Below are positions 32,705 to 45,718 of a stretch of 64,000 bases of DNA, one piece after another (position 1 is the stretch's first letter; each line of letters opens with the position of its first letter). Source of the DNA: Carpediemonas membranifera BICM (lineage: Eukaryota > Protista > Fornicata); contig JAHDYR010000033.1 of the NCBI GenBank assembly GCA_019828565.1, forward strand, positions 62,001 through 126,000. Reading direction: 5' to 3'. Under the pieces are notes generated by a model. The model had not been told where the DNA came from. It did not search any database and saw only the letters and a program-made list of their open reading frames with translations. Position numbers and translations under genes: made by a program.

Positions 32705-34721
32705 CTGCCCTCCCTGAGCAGCTCGGGGTGAGCGGCTAAGAACTTCTTGGCGGCGGGAGTGTGGCGGACGGCGTCGATGGGCTCCCAGGACAGCTCGGAG
32801 CTACCGAGCCACTTGACGCGCAGGAAGCCGGGCTTGGACTTGACGATCCGTTCAACGTACCATTCCTCTTGGTCTGTAGCGGCGAAGTAGGCGAGCTCGC
32901 CCTCAGAGAGGTCGGACTTGAGCGGAATGAGGTGGGACAGGTGGACTGTGCGTCGCGGTTCGTTGGCGAGGAGCGGTACGACGACTGCCGTGAACGGGTT
33001 GACCTCAATGACCTTGAACGGTCCGGTGTGGCCGTGGAGCTTGCTTTCAGCGTGGTTCTTGCGCAAGACGTAATCACCGGGCTTGACTGGAACCGACTGC
33101 GTCTCTGCCCTCCCCTCACGAGTCTTGGACTGGCGTTTGTGAGCCTTGCGGCAGAGCTTGGCCAGGAGCGCGTCCATGACGGTGAGGTATTCGGCGACAG
33201 AGGTAAGCGGGGTCTCGTCCTCGGCGTTGTTGTCTGGCTGGGGTATCTGCCGGTCGGCAGCGTGTGCCGTAGAGTAGCTCGAACGGGGTGAACCCCGTCG
33301 CGCTGTGAACCGTGCTGTTGATTATCCACGCGACATATGGCAGTAGGGTCGTGGACCATGCGTCGAAGGAGTTAAATGCCAGCGCTAGGGTACGTAGGTG
33401 GCGCTTGATTTCGCGATTGACGCGTTCGACGTGACCGTTCGACTGCGGATGGAAAGGCGTGGTCCGGTGGTGTGTGACCGATAAGCGCTCGGTTAGAGCG
33501 GTGATGATACGGTTGGCGTATTCCGGGCCTCCGTCTGTGTGCAGGATGGCCGGGATGCCGTGGCGGCAGATAGACGCCCAGATAGCGGCGGCAGCCGCGT
33601 CTGCATTGTTCGAGGGGGCTGGCACGAGCTCAGTAAAGTGCGTGAATGTGTCAGTAATCACGACGACATACCGGTTGCCGGCCGAGTCCTCTGAGATGGG
33701 GCCGAGCGTGTCGACGGCTACGCGTTCGAATGGTGTGCTGCTCGGGGTCGCGCCCATCTTCAGCTTGATGAAGTTCGCCAGACGGGTCTTCTGACAGATC
33801 AAACAGGCGTTGATCAGGTCGGATACGGTGTGTTCGAGCTGTGGCCAGCCGTAACCCAAGTCACGCACGGCCTGAGTGGTCTTCTTGACGCCCAAGTGCA
33901 GCCGGTGGGCCTCGGCTAGGACGTCGCGACGCGCGTCGGCGGGTACGAATGTGCGACCGTGATACTTGACGACACCGTTGACGATGGTGTGCTTGGAGGG
34001 TCTCTCGTCAGCGTGCTCCTTCTGAGAGGCGAGCACTCTCGACTCTAGCGTGTTAGCCGTGACCTCGGCGATCTCTGCGGGGCGGGTCTGGAAAGGGAAA
34101 CGGCTTAAGAAGTCGGCCGTGACGTTGGACTCGCCCGGGACGTGGTGGATCTTGAGTCTGAACTCCAAGAACGACAGTAGCCATCGGCGATGCTTCCGAT
34201 TGTGAGCGGCCATGCGGTGGAGTGCCATCAGATTCTTATGGTCGGTGAACACGGTCAGATCGGGGTGGCCCAGGAAGAGAGAGTACATGTCAGGACGTGT
34301 CAGACAGTATATCAGAGCATACATCTCCTGGTCGTAGGTGCTCCATCTTTGTTGAACGTCCGAGAACGCCTTGGAGAAGTAGGCGACGACTCTCCAGTCT
34401 GTGGGCGTTTGCTGTTGTAGCAGTATGCCGCCTAGGCCGAGGAGACTAGCGTCCGTCTCGAGGCGCCAGGGTTTGGAGAGGTCTGGTATGGCGAGTGACT
34501 CCTCAGAGGCGAGCTGTGTCAGAACAGCCGCGATAGCCTCTTGGTGTGCTGAAGTCCACACGACCTTGGCGTCCTTGCGGAGGAGGCCATTGATGGGCGC
34601 TAGGATGCGCTGGCAGTCAGGGATAAAATCTGCCACGTAGTTGATGTGGCCGAGGATCTGACGTACCTCGTGCGTGGTCGTCGGGCGTGGGAGGCTCTTG
34701 ATCGTGTCAATGCGTGAGGGC

Positions 34722-37700
34722 TGTGGCAGTGTGCCAATCAAATAAAATATTTGATTGGCGATTCGATCCGCCATTCCGGTCGACACTGTTGTGTCGACTT
34801 CTCTTTGACTAAAGCACCAAGTTGTTTTTCCGTCCTCTCGAGCACAGTATTAATACTCTCCATCATGGTGTTGCCTACTCCCATAGAGCAGCCCAGTATC
34901 CCCTTGGCCGGTCTTTCCGCCGACTCCTGGCGGGCCGCCAAGCGCTCATTCAGAAAGTTCCAGGTATACTACCCCGAGGCCAAGATCTCCCTGTTTTTAG
35001 ACGACGACCTCTACAACGCCCTCGAGCTCCAGTTCGATGCCGATCTGGACACGCTCACTGACGAAGAGGTGGGTCACCTCATCGAGCGTCTGATCGCTCC
35101 AAGAGACCTACTCTCACTCAAGGAACGTCTCGATAAGATTGTCTGTGCCGTGGACGCAACGCACAAGAAGTCTAGAATCGTTCTAGTCCGAGACTATATC
35201 CACCGCTTCAACGAGGTTTTTAACCTGCACACCGTACTACAACGTGATGACGACAACGACTCCGACTCCGAATCCGACAGCAGCTCCGACAGCGACTACG
35301 AAGAAGCAGCCATCGTCCCTGTAAGGCACGTCGACGGTGATGCCCCTGATGACGACGATCCCGATCCTCAATCCCCCTCAGGCTTTCTGAAAGACTGTAT
35401 GAGGATCTTCACCGACAACCTACGTCCGAAGCCCTTCAAGGAGGTCATGAAGTTCAAGAAGGCTGAACGCAAGCCCACCGCCATGGATGATCTCCAGCGC
35501 CTTGCCCTCCGCGTTGCCAAACGCGACGACAACGCCCGCGAGGAGGCTCTCCGCTACGGCTACTACGCCCAGAGCTCCACTCCAGCCAACAATAACGGCA
35601 ACACCGGGCCCTCGGGCGACAACACCCGGCAGCCGGCACGCCCCTGTCGCCACTGTCAGGGCAACCACTTTGACCGAGATTGCCCCTCTCGTCAGTCACG
35701 TGGTCCCCAGACACAGGTCAACTTCGCGAAAAGCCGCGGAGCCGACGCCCTTAAGGTGCCCGCCTCATGCGGCACGTCCCACTTCCAAGCCATCATTGAC
35801 ACGGGCGCAGCAATCTCATGCACGAGTGATCGTTACGCAAAGATATGGCAGCTCCCCCGCACCAGCATCGACCACTCTACGCCAGCGGCTGACGACGTCG
35901 TCCTCCCAGTGTTCTCGGTGTCCGGATCAAGGCTACAGTCAGCCCTTGCAGACTACCGCTCGGGCTGGCAGTCAGTCCAAATACCCTCGGACGAGCTCCG
36001 CTCTCGCGTCGTGCCACTTCTGCGAGAGTTCTCAGACATCTTCGAGCCGCTCGGTCCTGAACCGGCCAACGTTCCCCCCATGGTCTTGCACGTCAAGGAC
36101 GATACCCTCGTGCAGATTAAGCCGCGCCGCCTCTCGCCTGATAACAGGAAGAAGACGAAGGAGATCGTAGCGGAGCTCGCCCAGAATGGCATCGTCACTC
36201 CCTCCAAAGGCCCTTTCGCCTCACCTATCGTCCTCGTCAAGCAGAAAGACAAGACACGCATGTGCGTCGACTACTCGGAGCTGAACAAGCACCTCGTGGA
36301 GGATCACTTCCCGCTACCTAACATCAGAGAGTTTCTGATGTCCATGCGCGGCGCGAAGTGGTTCGCTGCTCTTGACCTCGTCAAGGGATATCACCAGCTT
36401 CCCCTCCACGAAGATTCACAAGCCCTCTCCGCCTTTGTCACGCCAGACGACTACCTACAGTACACCCGCGTCCCGTTCGGCCTTGCCTCGGCGCCCTCGT
36501 ACTTCCAGCGTACCATCCAGGCTGTCATAGCACCCGCCATTGCCACCGGCCGCTGCAAGGCGTACCTCGACGACATCCTCGAGGCCGCCCACTCAGATGA
36601 CACGTTCATCGACGACCTGCGCACCATATTCATGGCCTTGCGGGAGCATAACCTCAAGCTCTCGCCCGCAAAATGCGTCATCGGCGCCTCCGAGGTCAGA
36701 TCGGTCGGCTTTATCGTCGACCGAAATGGCATACATGTCGACCCCGACCGCATCCAGGCCATCGTCAGCCTCAGGCCCCCCGGGACCAGTCTGAGTTGAA
36801 GTCAATCCTCGGAAAGATCAACTACATCGCACAGTTCCTGCCTGACGCCACCAAGTCACTCGCCACACTCAACCGGTCACTCAGAGCCGGCGAGTTCGTC
36901 TTCGGCGAGGAACAACTGACTGCTTTTGACGACATCAAGTCCCAGTTGGCGCTTCACATCAGCCTAACATACCCAGACCTCGATAGACCCTGGCACATTT
37001 ACACCGACGCTTCATCACTTGGCGAAGGAGGCGTGCTAATACAAGATGAGGAGGACGGTACTCGCTCAATTCTGGCCTGTTTCCAGAAGACCTACGACAA
37101 GACCATGTCGAATTGGTCAACATACGAACAAGAGTTGCATGCCGTGATCTCTGTCCTCACCAACAAGGTCTTCGAACCCCTCTTCCAGATCAAGTCTGAC
37201 CTACATGTCCACACCGACCATAGCAACCTCGTCCAACTCAGACGGAAGGCCCCGACTGTCAAAAAGCTTCTCCGCTGGGCCCTACGACTATCCGAGTTTC
37301 GCTTCACCATTCAGCACGTCCGTGGCGTCGACAACGTCATTGCAGACGTCCTCTCCCGGATCCTCCCCGACGCGCCTGTAGTCAACGCTGTCGTCCAAGA
37401 GCCTCACTTCGACAAGTTCTCCGCCGTCCACAATGACGCGGTCGGACACTTCGGCGTCGACGAGTGCATTCGCCGTGTCAAAGCCGCCAAGACCACGTGG
37501 CCTGGCATGTACAAAGACATCAGACGCTGGATCAAGGCCTGCCCCCACTGCCAGCTGCATGCCCCTGCCAGAGAGTGCCCCATCGCGTATCACCCATCCT
37601 CCTCGGACGCTCCTTTCCACAGAGTTCAGGTCGACACTCTTGGGCCCCTACCCACCACGCCGTCGGGAAACTCCTACATCATCTCGATCGTGGACACCTT

Positions 37701-38969
37701 CTCCAGGTACATCAGACTGTTCCCAGCCACGTCCACTGACGCCCTCGCGGCCGCTCGCGCACTTTATGCTTACTGCGGTGCCTACGGCGTACCTCGCGAG
37801 ATCCAGTCCGACAACGGCTCGCAGTTCACAGCGAAGCTAATAGATGAGCTTACATGCGCACTCTCGTTGAATCACCGCTTTTCCGCCCCTTACAGCCCAC
37901 AGTCCAACGGCATTGTGGAAAGGTACAACTTCGAGATCGAAAAGATCATCAAGCCCGCTACGATGCAACCCTGGGACGAACATCTGCCCTCTGTCGAGCT
38001 TATCCTCAATTCCAAGCAGGTTTCGTCCACCAAGGCCTCTCCTCTGGACATCCTCTTCCCATTCACCGAAGGGAAGGCCGATCCTTCGCGCCTAAAGGCC
38101 GCCCGCGAAGCCCTCGCTCGCTACGCCGCCAAGAAGGCTGCAATTCCCACCAATGTGCCCCCCACGCACGAGCCCGGCTCTCTCGTACTCCTCCTTCGCC
38201 CGAAGTCCGCCAAGATCGAGGCAAACTGGCGCGGTCCGTTCAGATATCTGCGCCGCGGTGACCACACGTCGTCGTCGATCATCCAACACATCACGACCGA
38301 TAAGACCATGGAAGTTTCCGACCGCCGCATCAAGGCCTGGACTGGCTCCACGGACCTCGACGAGCTCAAGACCCTAGTCGCCGAGCAAGAGGGGGAGTAC
38401 GCCGTAGACCACATCGTCTCGGCCCGTCGTCCAGCCAGATCGAAGACCATATACCTCCTAGTCCACTGGGCCGGGTGCGAGTCAGCAGAGGATTCGGAGG
38501 TCACGCTCAACGCTGAGACAGCCCAGATGGCCGCTCTCGACGACTTTCTCAACGTCAGCCCTTCATGGAGACAGCCAGTCGAGGCCGCCTGCCGCCGCAA
38601 TGGCTGGCAACTCTAAGCTACTGTCAAGGCAGGACATTGGTTCAGCGTCCTGCCCAAACAAATAAACGATCCGTGCTAGTACAAGTTGTCTCTACTCTCC
38701 CACCCGTCAGAGCCTTGAGGGAAGGTGTGCCCGGCCAAGATGTCCGCCCGTGTCCTGCTGCAGGACCCGCTGTGCGCCTGTCGCCAGGCGGAAATGAGCT
38801 TTGACCGCTCTTGAAGGTCTCGGGCTCCGCCTCTGGGGAGGTAGTGTGGCAGTGTGCCAATCAAATAAAATATTTGATTGGCGATTCGATCCGCCATTCC
38901 GGTCGACACTGTTGTGTCGACTTCTCTTTGACTAAAGCACCAAGTTGTTTTTCCGTCCTCTCGAGCACA
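34722..38969 (+). mobile_element. Ty3/Gypsy chromovirus-like LTR retrotransposon B (125-bp LTRs), nested in A
   Basis: Identical LTRs 34722-34846 and 38845-38969, TSD GGGC, PPT GGGGAGGTAG; gag-pol 34865-38616 (CRHCQGNHFDRDC knuckle, IDTGA, YLDD, TDAS, integrase, chromodomain) with one frameshift near 36780. Confidence 0.95.
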
Positions 38970-41780
38970 GGGCTGAGGGCGACGACCGTGTTCGGAGACG
39001 ATCTCGCCGAGACAGTCGAGAGTCTGGTAGCCAAAATGACACTTCTCGGCGCGCAGCCTGATGTTCTTGTCACTGAGTAGAGCGAGCGTGCGCTGGGTGC
39101 GCATGACGAGTACCTCGGGCGATGGCGCGCCAGCAAAGATGTCGTCTATGTAGTTCCTGACGCCATCTGAGTATACCGGGCGCAGGACGTTGGCGATGGC
39201 CCGCTGGAATTGTGCGGGGAGGTTCTTTAGGCCAAACGGGGCGACCATATATTCGAAAAACTCGCCCGGGACCCGCACCGCGGACAGGTAACGGTGGGCA
39301 TCCTTCAATGGCATCTGGTGAAACCCTTGGCGAAGGTCTAGACCGAAGAAGTACTTGCTGCCGACGAGGTCCTGGATGAGCGTGCGGGTATCTGTCATGG
39401 GGAAAGCGTCAGTCACAGTTGCCTCGTTGAGGGCCCTGTAGTCTGCGCAAAGTCGTAGTGGGCGGCGTCCGTCCGCGTCGGGCTTCTTCTGGACAATCAC
39501 AGCCGGGCTAGAGACTGGGCCGTGTGCGTCGCGGATGAGCTGGGCTTCGTACATTTCATGGAGCTGTCGCTTGATCTCGGGAAGCCAGTCGGCGCGGATG
39601 CCGCGTGGGTTGGCTTGTGGCAGAATGGCGTCCGGCTTCAGGTCAATGGTGGCTTCCGCGATGTCGGCGCCGCCGAGAGGCAGCTTGGGGTCGAAGACGT
39701 CGGCGTTGGCCTGGAGCACAGCGAGTAGCTCGTCGTGTAGAGGGAACGAGGGGTCAATGTCGAAGGTTGGCGTGGCGAAGGACGAGACGTCGTCCGGCAG
39801 GTCGTCAGTCTCCGAGTCAACCTCGTCGATGTATTGATTCTGGGCCGGTGTGACATCGTCGGCGGGGTCCTCCGCTGACGGTGGTAGCTGAATGTTGATG
39901 CCCGTGTCCGACATGAGGCCTAGGTGCCGGAGGAGGTCTGCCCCGAACAGGAACTTGTGGGCCTCCCCGGAGATGACTGGTACGGTCCACGTCAGCTCGA
40001 CAGCGTTTGGTACGATGCCGTCGATAACGAGCTCGGCTATGACGGCGGTGGTGTCCTCGCAAGGTCGCTGGTCGGCCATCTTCAGCGTGTAAGCATGATT
40101 TGTGATCATTACCGGGCCGGCCTCCTTCAGCGTGGCGAACGTGGCCTCCGAGATACAGGTCTTGGCGGCTGCCGGGTCGAGCTTCGCCCGCAGTCTCGTG
40201 CCGTTGACGAGGATGTCGTGGTAGATCGGCTTACCGATGTTTTCGCGCTGCGCTGACGTGTCGACTTCGTCGATTGACTCATCGGTGTCGGACTCGGCGT
40301 CTATGTCGACCTCGTTGATGGATTGACTGAGGCGCTCGAGCCGGTTCGTCTCCTTGTTTCGCGTCCAGCCTGCCGCTGGGTTAGGGGCTCTCGCGTTGCG
40401 TTTGGGCGCTTGGGTGGTCGTTGTTGCAGGTCGGTCAGGGTTGTTGTGGTGGCCAGGGGCCTTCTTGGGCTTGGCACCCACAACAGCTGGTTGAATAGGA
40501 CGCGATGGTTGGGGGCGGCACTGCGCTGTGTCTTCAGATGAGGGCACGCCTGAGTGACGTGGGACGAGTTGTATCCGTGGTAGTCGCAGAAGTGGCGGAA
40601 GGTGGGGTTGATGTAGTAGTTCGCCTTGTCTTTCAGCTGGACATACGGGTCTGGGCCGCTGATCTTGCGGGCTATGGGTTTGCGTGTGCGGGATCCGCCT
40701 GTCGCTTGCTCACCGTGGGGTTGCGGGGGCTGGCCGGTGCGGAATGCTCTCCAAGGAACGACGATGTAACCGTCGTGGTCCTCTTTGAGGTCCCTAAGGT
40801 TATCAAGGACGTCATCGATGTCCTCTGCATCATCTATGATGTAGGAGTCGAAATAGTCCTTTGCTTCGGCGGAGAATCCCTTAAGTGCAAGCTCTCTGAC
40901 TCTTGCGGCGAGAACCTTCCAAGGAATGGCTTGCAGTGCAGGAGCAGAAGCATCAGTGTTCACGAGATCGATGAACTCGCGCAAAGCGGCAATAGTTGAG
41001 CGATGTTTGGATGCTTTGCCATAGAGTGCACCGGGAAGGTTGATGGACTTGATGCGCGCGCCGACGTCCAGGGACGGCATGAGTGTGACGGAGCAGGCGG
41101 CTACGATGTCGTCGGCCTCGTCATGGAGGTAGGCGCGAATGTCGGTGACGTCGTCCCAGTCGGACTCGTCACTGGACGTGTCGGAGTTGTTGGTGGCGGC
41201 AGCCTCGTCATCGGCCGGCTTGGGTGGGGCCAGGGCTGCGTTGACCTCGGCGACGTACTCGTCGTCGCGGAGGGGACATCTGGGTTGAACTTGTTGATGA
41301 GGGGCACATAAACCGGGGCGTTGTGGTCGATCTCGGCTACTGCAGCCGTGAATACGGCTTCTGCGCGGCGCTGTGCAGCCGCGGCCATCGGGCCTTCAGG
41401 AAAGGCCGCGGCCGCCGCTTCAGCGAGCATAAACAGGTCTTCTTCGAGAGCGGCGGTTAGACGGGCTACTGCCTGCTTGGGGGGTGGCGTGGAGGTGCTT
41501 GGGGGCGTGATGGGAAGTGAGAGCTTCATCTCGCGCCTAATGGCGCTGCGGATTACCGCATCGGGACATACATCGTCTTCTAGGTCCTCGAAGGTCTTAT
41601 AATCAGAGGTGGGTCTCCAATTGGCCCGTAAGAACTCCTGCGAGCTGATGCTTAGGCATCTGAGGAACGATGTAGGAAATCTTGCATGAGGAAGTTCCCG
41701 CTTGTATTCCTTCGCGGCGGAGTTGAGCAGTGGAAGGGAACTTACGTCGAATTTCGTAGCCATAGGGAGTGATTAATCAC

Positions 41781-41833
41781 TGTGGCGTAAACGACGGGTA
41801 TTCGAGAATTCGTTTTAATCAGGTGATGCGTCA
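41781..41833 (-). repeat. 5' LTR of element A (53 bp)
   Basis: Identical to 32652-32704; abuts the palindrome AGTGATTAATCACT (41768-41781). Confidence 0.92.
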
Positions 41834-44800
41834 TTGGCCCCACACTATTATTCCGAATGCTATCCTTGGCCATATGTAGGTCTGGAGTAGCAGTCTGCTG
41901 GCTACTGCCGGCATGTCCTTCCGTGTCCATCCTGTCCTTCGTACCAGTTTCTTGTATTTCTCACTCTGCTCCATTTTCTTGGCTATGCACGCCTTGAGGG
42001 GGTCCCTTCCGCTTGATATCCACAGTCCTAGGTACCTTTCACTCTCGCTAGCTTTGAGTGGGGTGCCTCCTAGTGTGATTTCCATGTCCTTGTCTCTTGC
42101 AATCAGTACGTTCTTGTCCAAGTTGATCCTCATCTCGTGCGCTTCGACCACTTGGATGGCGATGTTGGATATCACCTCCGTATTTGTCTTTCCGTTCCCT
42201 GTGATCGCAGTGTCATCTACAAACATTGTGATCTTTGCTGGGAGTTTCTCTCTGTATTTGTCCGGGGCCGCTTCAGGCAGCATGTCCACTGTGGCTGGTA
42301 GTCCTTGATGTAACTTCCGTATCATCGTTGGCCAGTTGACCATGAATAGTACAAAGAGCATGGGGGCGAGGACGCACCCCTGCTTTACGCCAGTGTTCGT
42401 CCTCTCCCACCTCTCCGCTCCGTCCACTGTGATCCACGATTCCTCCAATGTGCCTCGGACTGCCCTTACTAATTGCGGGGCGACTCCCATCATCACTAGC
42501 TTCCTGACTAACATGTCCCTTGGGACTGTGTCGTATGCCTTAGCTATGTCCAACATGACTGTAGCCGCATCGTCCAATGTCTGGTGCAGTTGTACTACGT
42601 GCATGATCTGGTTTGTGACCTGTTTCCTTCCCTGGAAACCTGCCTGCTCCATTGGTAGGTATTTGTCCGCCGTATCCTGCAGTCTTCCTTTTAGGAGCCT
42701 TCCATATACCCTGTATAACAGGGGTGTGAGTGAGATTGGTCTGAACGACGCTGCCTCCATTTTGTCCTTCCCCACCTTGTGGGTCGGGGACACGGTTGCG
42801 TATCTCCACGTGGTCGGCATCTTCCCTGTCCGGTAGACCTCATTCATGAGTGTTGTGACTTGTCTTATTCCCTGTTTTGGTAACTTCCTGAGTCTAGCTG
42901 CCGACATTCCATCCGGTCCTACTGCTGTGTCCGCCTTCATCCCGCTTATCGCCTTCCGTACCTCATCTTCCGTAAACTTGTCAATCGGCCTCTGCGGTAG
43001 TCCGAGTGGTTCCCACTCCGGTTCTCTACCTTTGCTGATGCCTGCGAACTGTCCGAGCAGGGCTCCTGCTATTTTTCCTTCGTCCGTTGTCAGTGCTCCT
43101 CCTACTTTGAGGACCTTCGGGGGGCCTCTGTACTGGGATTCACCCCACCATCGCTGGATTGCTCCGTCCACCATGGCCCTTGTGACCTTATACCCTTCCT
43201 TTGTACTGAGTTCTATTTCCTTAATCCACTGTTCTCTGCTCTCCTCCCTGTGTTGTTGGACCGCCTCGTTCATTCTGTCTTGCATCCTTCTTGCTCCCTC
43301 CTTGTTCCAGGGCAGCCTTCCGAGTGTAGTCCATAGGTCCTCCGGGAGGACTAGCTCCCTCTCTCTCCTCTTGGCTTCTCTCGGGCAGGGTCTGTCCATT
43401 ATTTCCTTCCTCAGGATCCTCTCCCATACTTCCGTGCTTTTCAGTCCGCCATCGAATTCAGCTAAGTCGAAAGACTATGTTCGGGGATGGATAAAAGGCC
43501 AACGGCCTGTCCCAGTAAACTGGTACAGCGCCCCCATCAGCTCAGAAGGAGCGGCCTCAGCTTCCTGTCCGCCAAACTCAAAGGTGCATTCATGGATCTC
43601 CGCCGGGCGCGAGTGGGAGCTCCACGCCCAACACAGAGACACTATAAGAGGATAATGAACAGAGATTTAACAGAGAAAGCAGGGAAACCCACAGAGAACA
43701 CCGAGAAGCCGCGACCACTTTTGGTGAAGGAGGAGTGATCAAGCAGAGGCACAGAGACCAAAGATAGCCCTCATGTAGGCACTACCTGGAGTGAAGTCAG
43801 TCCTAAAATCCCGAGACCACCCAGCGAGAAAATCAGCGTGCATTTTTGGACAGTGCGCCATTTCGCCGTAACGCAGTTTACGGCCGAACCAGAGAAAAAG
43901 AAGAAAACTGAGACCCCTACACAGTTGCAGGAGCCGCACAAGGCCACGCTGACCGATTTTCAGGACGATACATTAGCCAACTTTTTTTCATGCAGGCGAA
44001 AATGGCAACGAAGAATCGCAGCAAAAGTATCAGAGAATTACAGAGAAACAAACAGTGACCGCAGATAACGAACATATTTATAGTAAGCAACCATATGACC
44101 AACATAGACCATCCGGGAAGCTTTCAGAGACAGTGCATCGACGAACATCCTGAGACCAAATGCAGATATGCCTCAAAGGTATGCAGAGACCAAAGCAAAC
44201 AGCAACATACAAATACTAACAGCACCTCCAGCAGATTCAGCAGCGTGCATGGACCACAGCGGCCACACTAGACCGACAGTTTTGCCTTTCAGAGGCTGAG
44301 ACCAGACAACAACAGCACATCAAGAGCAGAGACCGAGCAGAGATCAGAGAATACCAGGGGCAGGTGAGGGTGGCCGGGCAGTCCACGGATGAGAAGGCCC
44401 CCCCCCTGCCGCCGCCGACACACCCCAGTCAGTAGGCGGTACCTGGGGCAGTGGCATGACAGTAGCGACGAACGTGGAATGGCCATCGAGCAGGTTGCTC
44501 TCTCAAGTCTCGCAGTAAACGCAAGACTGGAACAGGAGGGAGTAAAGTAACGTATTGCAGAGTTTCAGAGACCATGCAGTCAATTCTGGTACCTTTTCTG
44601 GAACAAATAGTTCCAGAATTGGTTCCAGAATGCCAGAAAAAATGGCATTTGCAAGAAAAACTAAACGCGTTCAAACAATTTAGCGACGCCTTGCCACGGG
44701 GTGTAAAGCAATATGCAACTAATACTGGGCCCAAGGAACGTTGATACGTACTGCTCTCATGAACTCACTCACTTTTCAGCAGAGCTCGACCAAAAACTAA

Positions 44801-45339
44801 CAGAGGCTTGCCCGAGGTGTGCTTAAGCCAGCTCCAACTCTCTCTCAGTCTGTGACAGCTCCCCCAAAAAATTATTCTTGCTCAAAGTTGAGGTTTTCGG
44901 AAATACTGCCAAAAAGTTTGCTTCTGCTCAAGAACGGGGGATGCGCGTTGGATACCGACACCGTTACGTAACAGTTTAACATTCATTATAACAGCGCTAG
45001 CCTCCAGATTTCCTTGCGCACGCCTTTATCTGGAGAAAATAGCACAAACTTTCGCAAGCAAACGCAAATCGATAGAAAAATATGTTTCATGTCCAACGGA
45101 GCTAAAACTGAGCACAGTGTTATTCATCCTTCTATTCTACTAGTTTATCACTTCAAAAGGATCTGAACTTCAGTATTGATGGTGTTATAGGCACTGGTTC
45201 GGTTCGAGTCAAAACTGACTAAACTGTGACGACGGCTAGGTGTTGAAACATGCCATGCTCACTCGTAGCGTGGCGCTTAATAGTGCCAGAATTGCTTCAA
45301 ATCAATGGAGGTTCATGTTTGTGCATAAAGTGCACAAAC

Positions 45340-45501
45340 ATGAGAAGACACGAATTCGTCACTGAATTACAGACGATGCGCAGAAGAATCAAAGATTTGG
45401 TTCAAATAGAGGAATACTACCTCTTTGCAGACGATATCGCGAAGGAATACCTTGATGTTGCGTCCATATACCTGATGAAGGCAATCCTACGTTCTCAGTG
45501 A
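45340..45501 (+). CDS. Small helical hypothetical ORF convergent on the transposase-like gene
   Basis: 53 aa from ATG 45340; mirrors ORF 52816-53022 in position. Confidence 0.3.
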   Translation: MRRHEFVTELQTMRRRIKDLVQIEEYYLFADDIAKEYLDVASIYLMKAILRSQ

Positions 45502-45639
45502 GGCAACTAGCAAACATGAACCGTATCAAGAGACAAATATTGAAGCACTCCCCGTCCACATCATGTTTGGTAAATTTTCTGGTGTCATTCTGCTGTTAAT
45601 ATCAGACAAGCAAACAACGTAGTGATGCGGAGAGACCGC

Positions 45640-45690
45640 GTGCTGCTAGAATACGCAGGGCATGATGCGCCCTGTTGATACCAGGAGCGC
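45640..45690 (-). other. Conserved 51-nt stem-loop 3' of transposase copy 1
   Basis: 40/51 identical to 52661-52711, same fold, variable loop. Confidence 0.7.
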
Positions 45691-45718
45691 TGTCCTTAAT
45701 CGCTGAGCTAACATTGCA

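Larger units (their letters stand above)
32652..41833 (-). mobile_element. Ty3/Gypsy chromovirus-like LTR retrotransposon A (53-bp LTRs), interrupted by element B
   Basis: Identical LTRs 32652-32704 and 41781-41833, TSD TTGG; gag (from ATG 41763), protease LDPAA, RT YIDD, RNase H, integrase and chromodomain (EWYVERIV..VKWLG), with frameshifts. Confidence 0.95.
31350..43450 (-). mobile_element. 5'-truncated non-LTR (LINE) retrotransposon split by Gypsy element A; outer boundaries approximate
   Basis: RT ORF 41834-43399 (GPDG, FRPISL, QAGF, LDIAKAYD, GVKQG, FVDD, YLGL) continues in frame (..IVWGQ|VPGGRKIW) at 32651 once A is removed; CPLC..HIICEC knuckle at ~31925-32085. Confidence 0.85.

Noticed and set aside
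34751-34864. ORF-track N-termini such as MIGDSIRH.. and MSTGMADR..
   Set aside because: Chimeric translations through LTR B; the real gag start is 34865 and A's pol is interrupted at 34721.
43630-44580. Recurrent (C/T)(A/G)GAGACC words in purine-rich DNA
   Set aside because: Irregular spacing with no consistent unit; cannot be distinguished from compositional bias.
45113-45119. CACAGTG (RSS heptamer) near the RAG1-like gene
   Set aside because: No nonamer at 12 or 23 bp, no matching inverted end or TSD found; a 7-mer is expected by chance.
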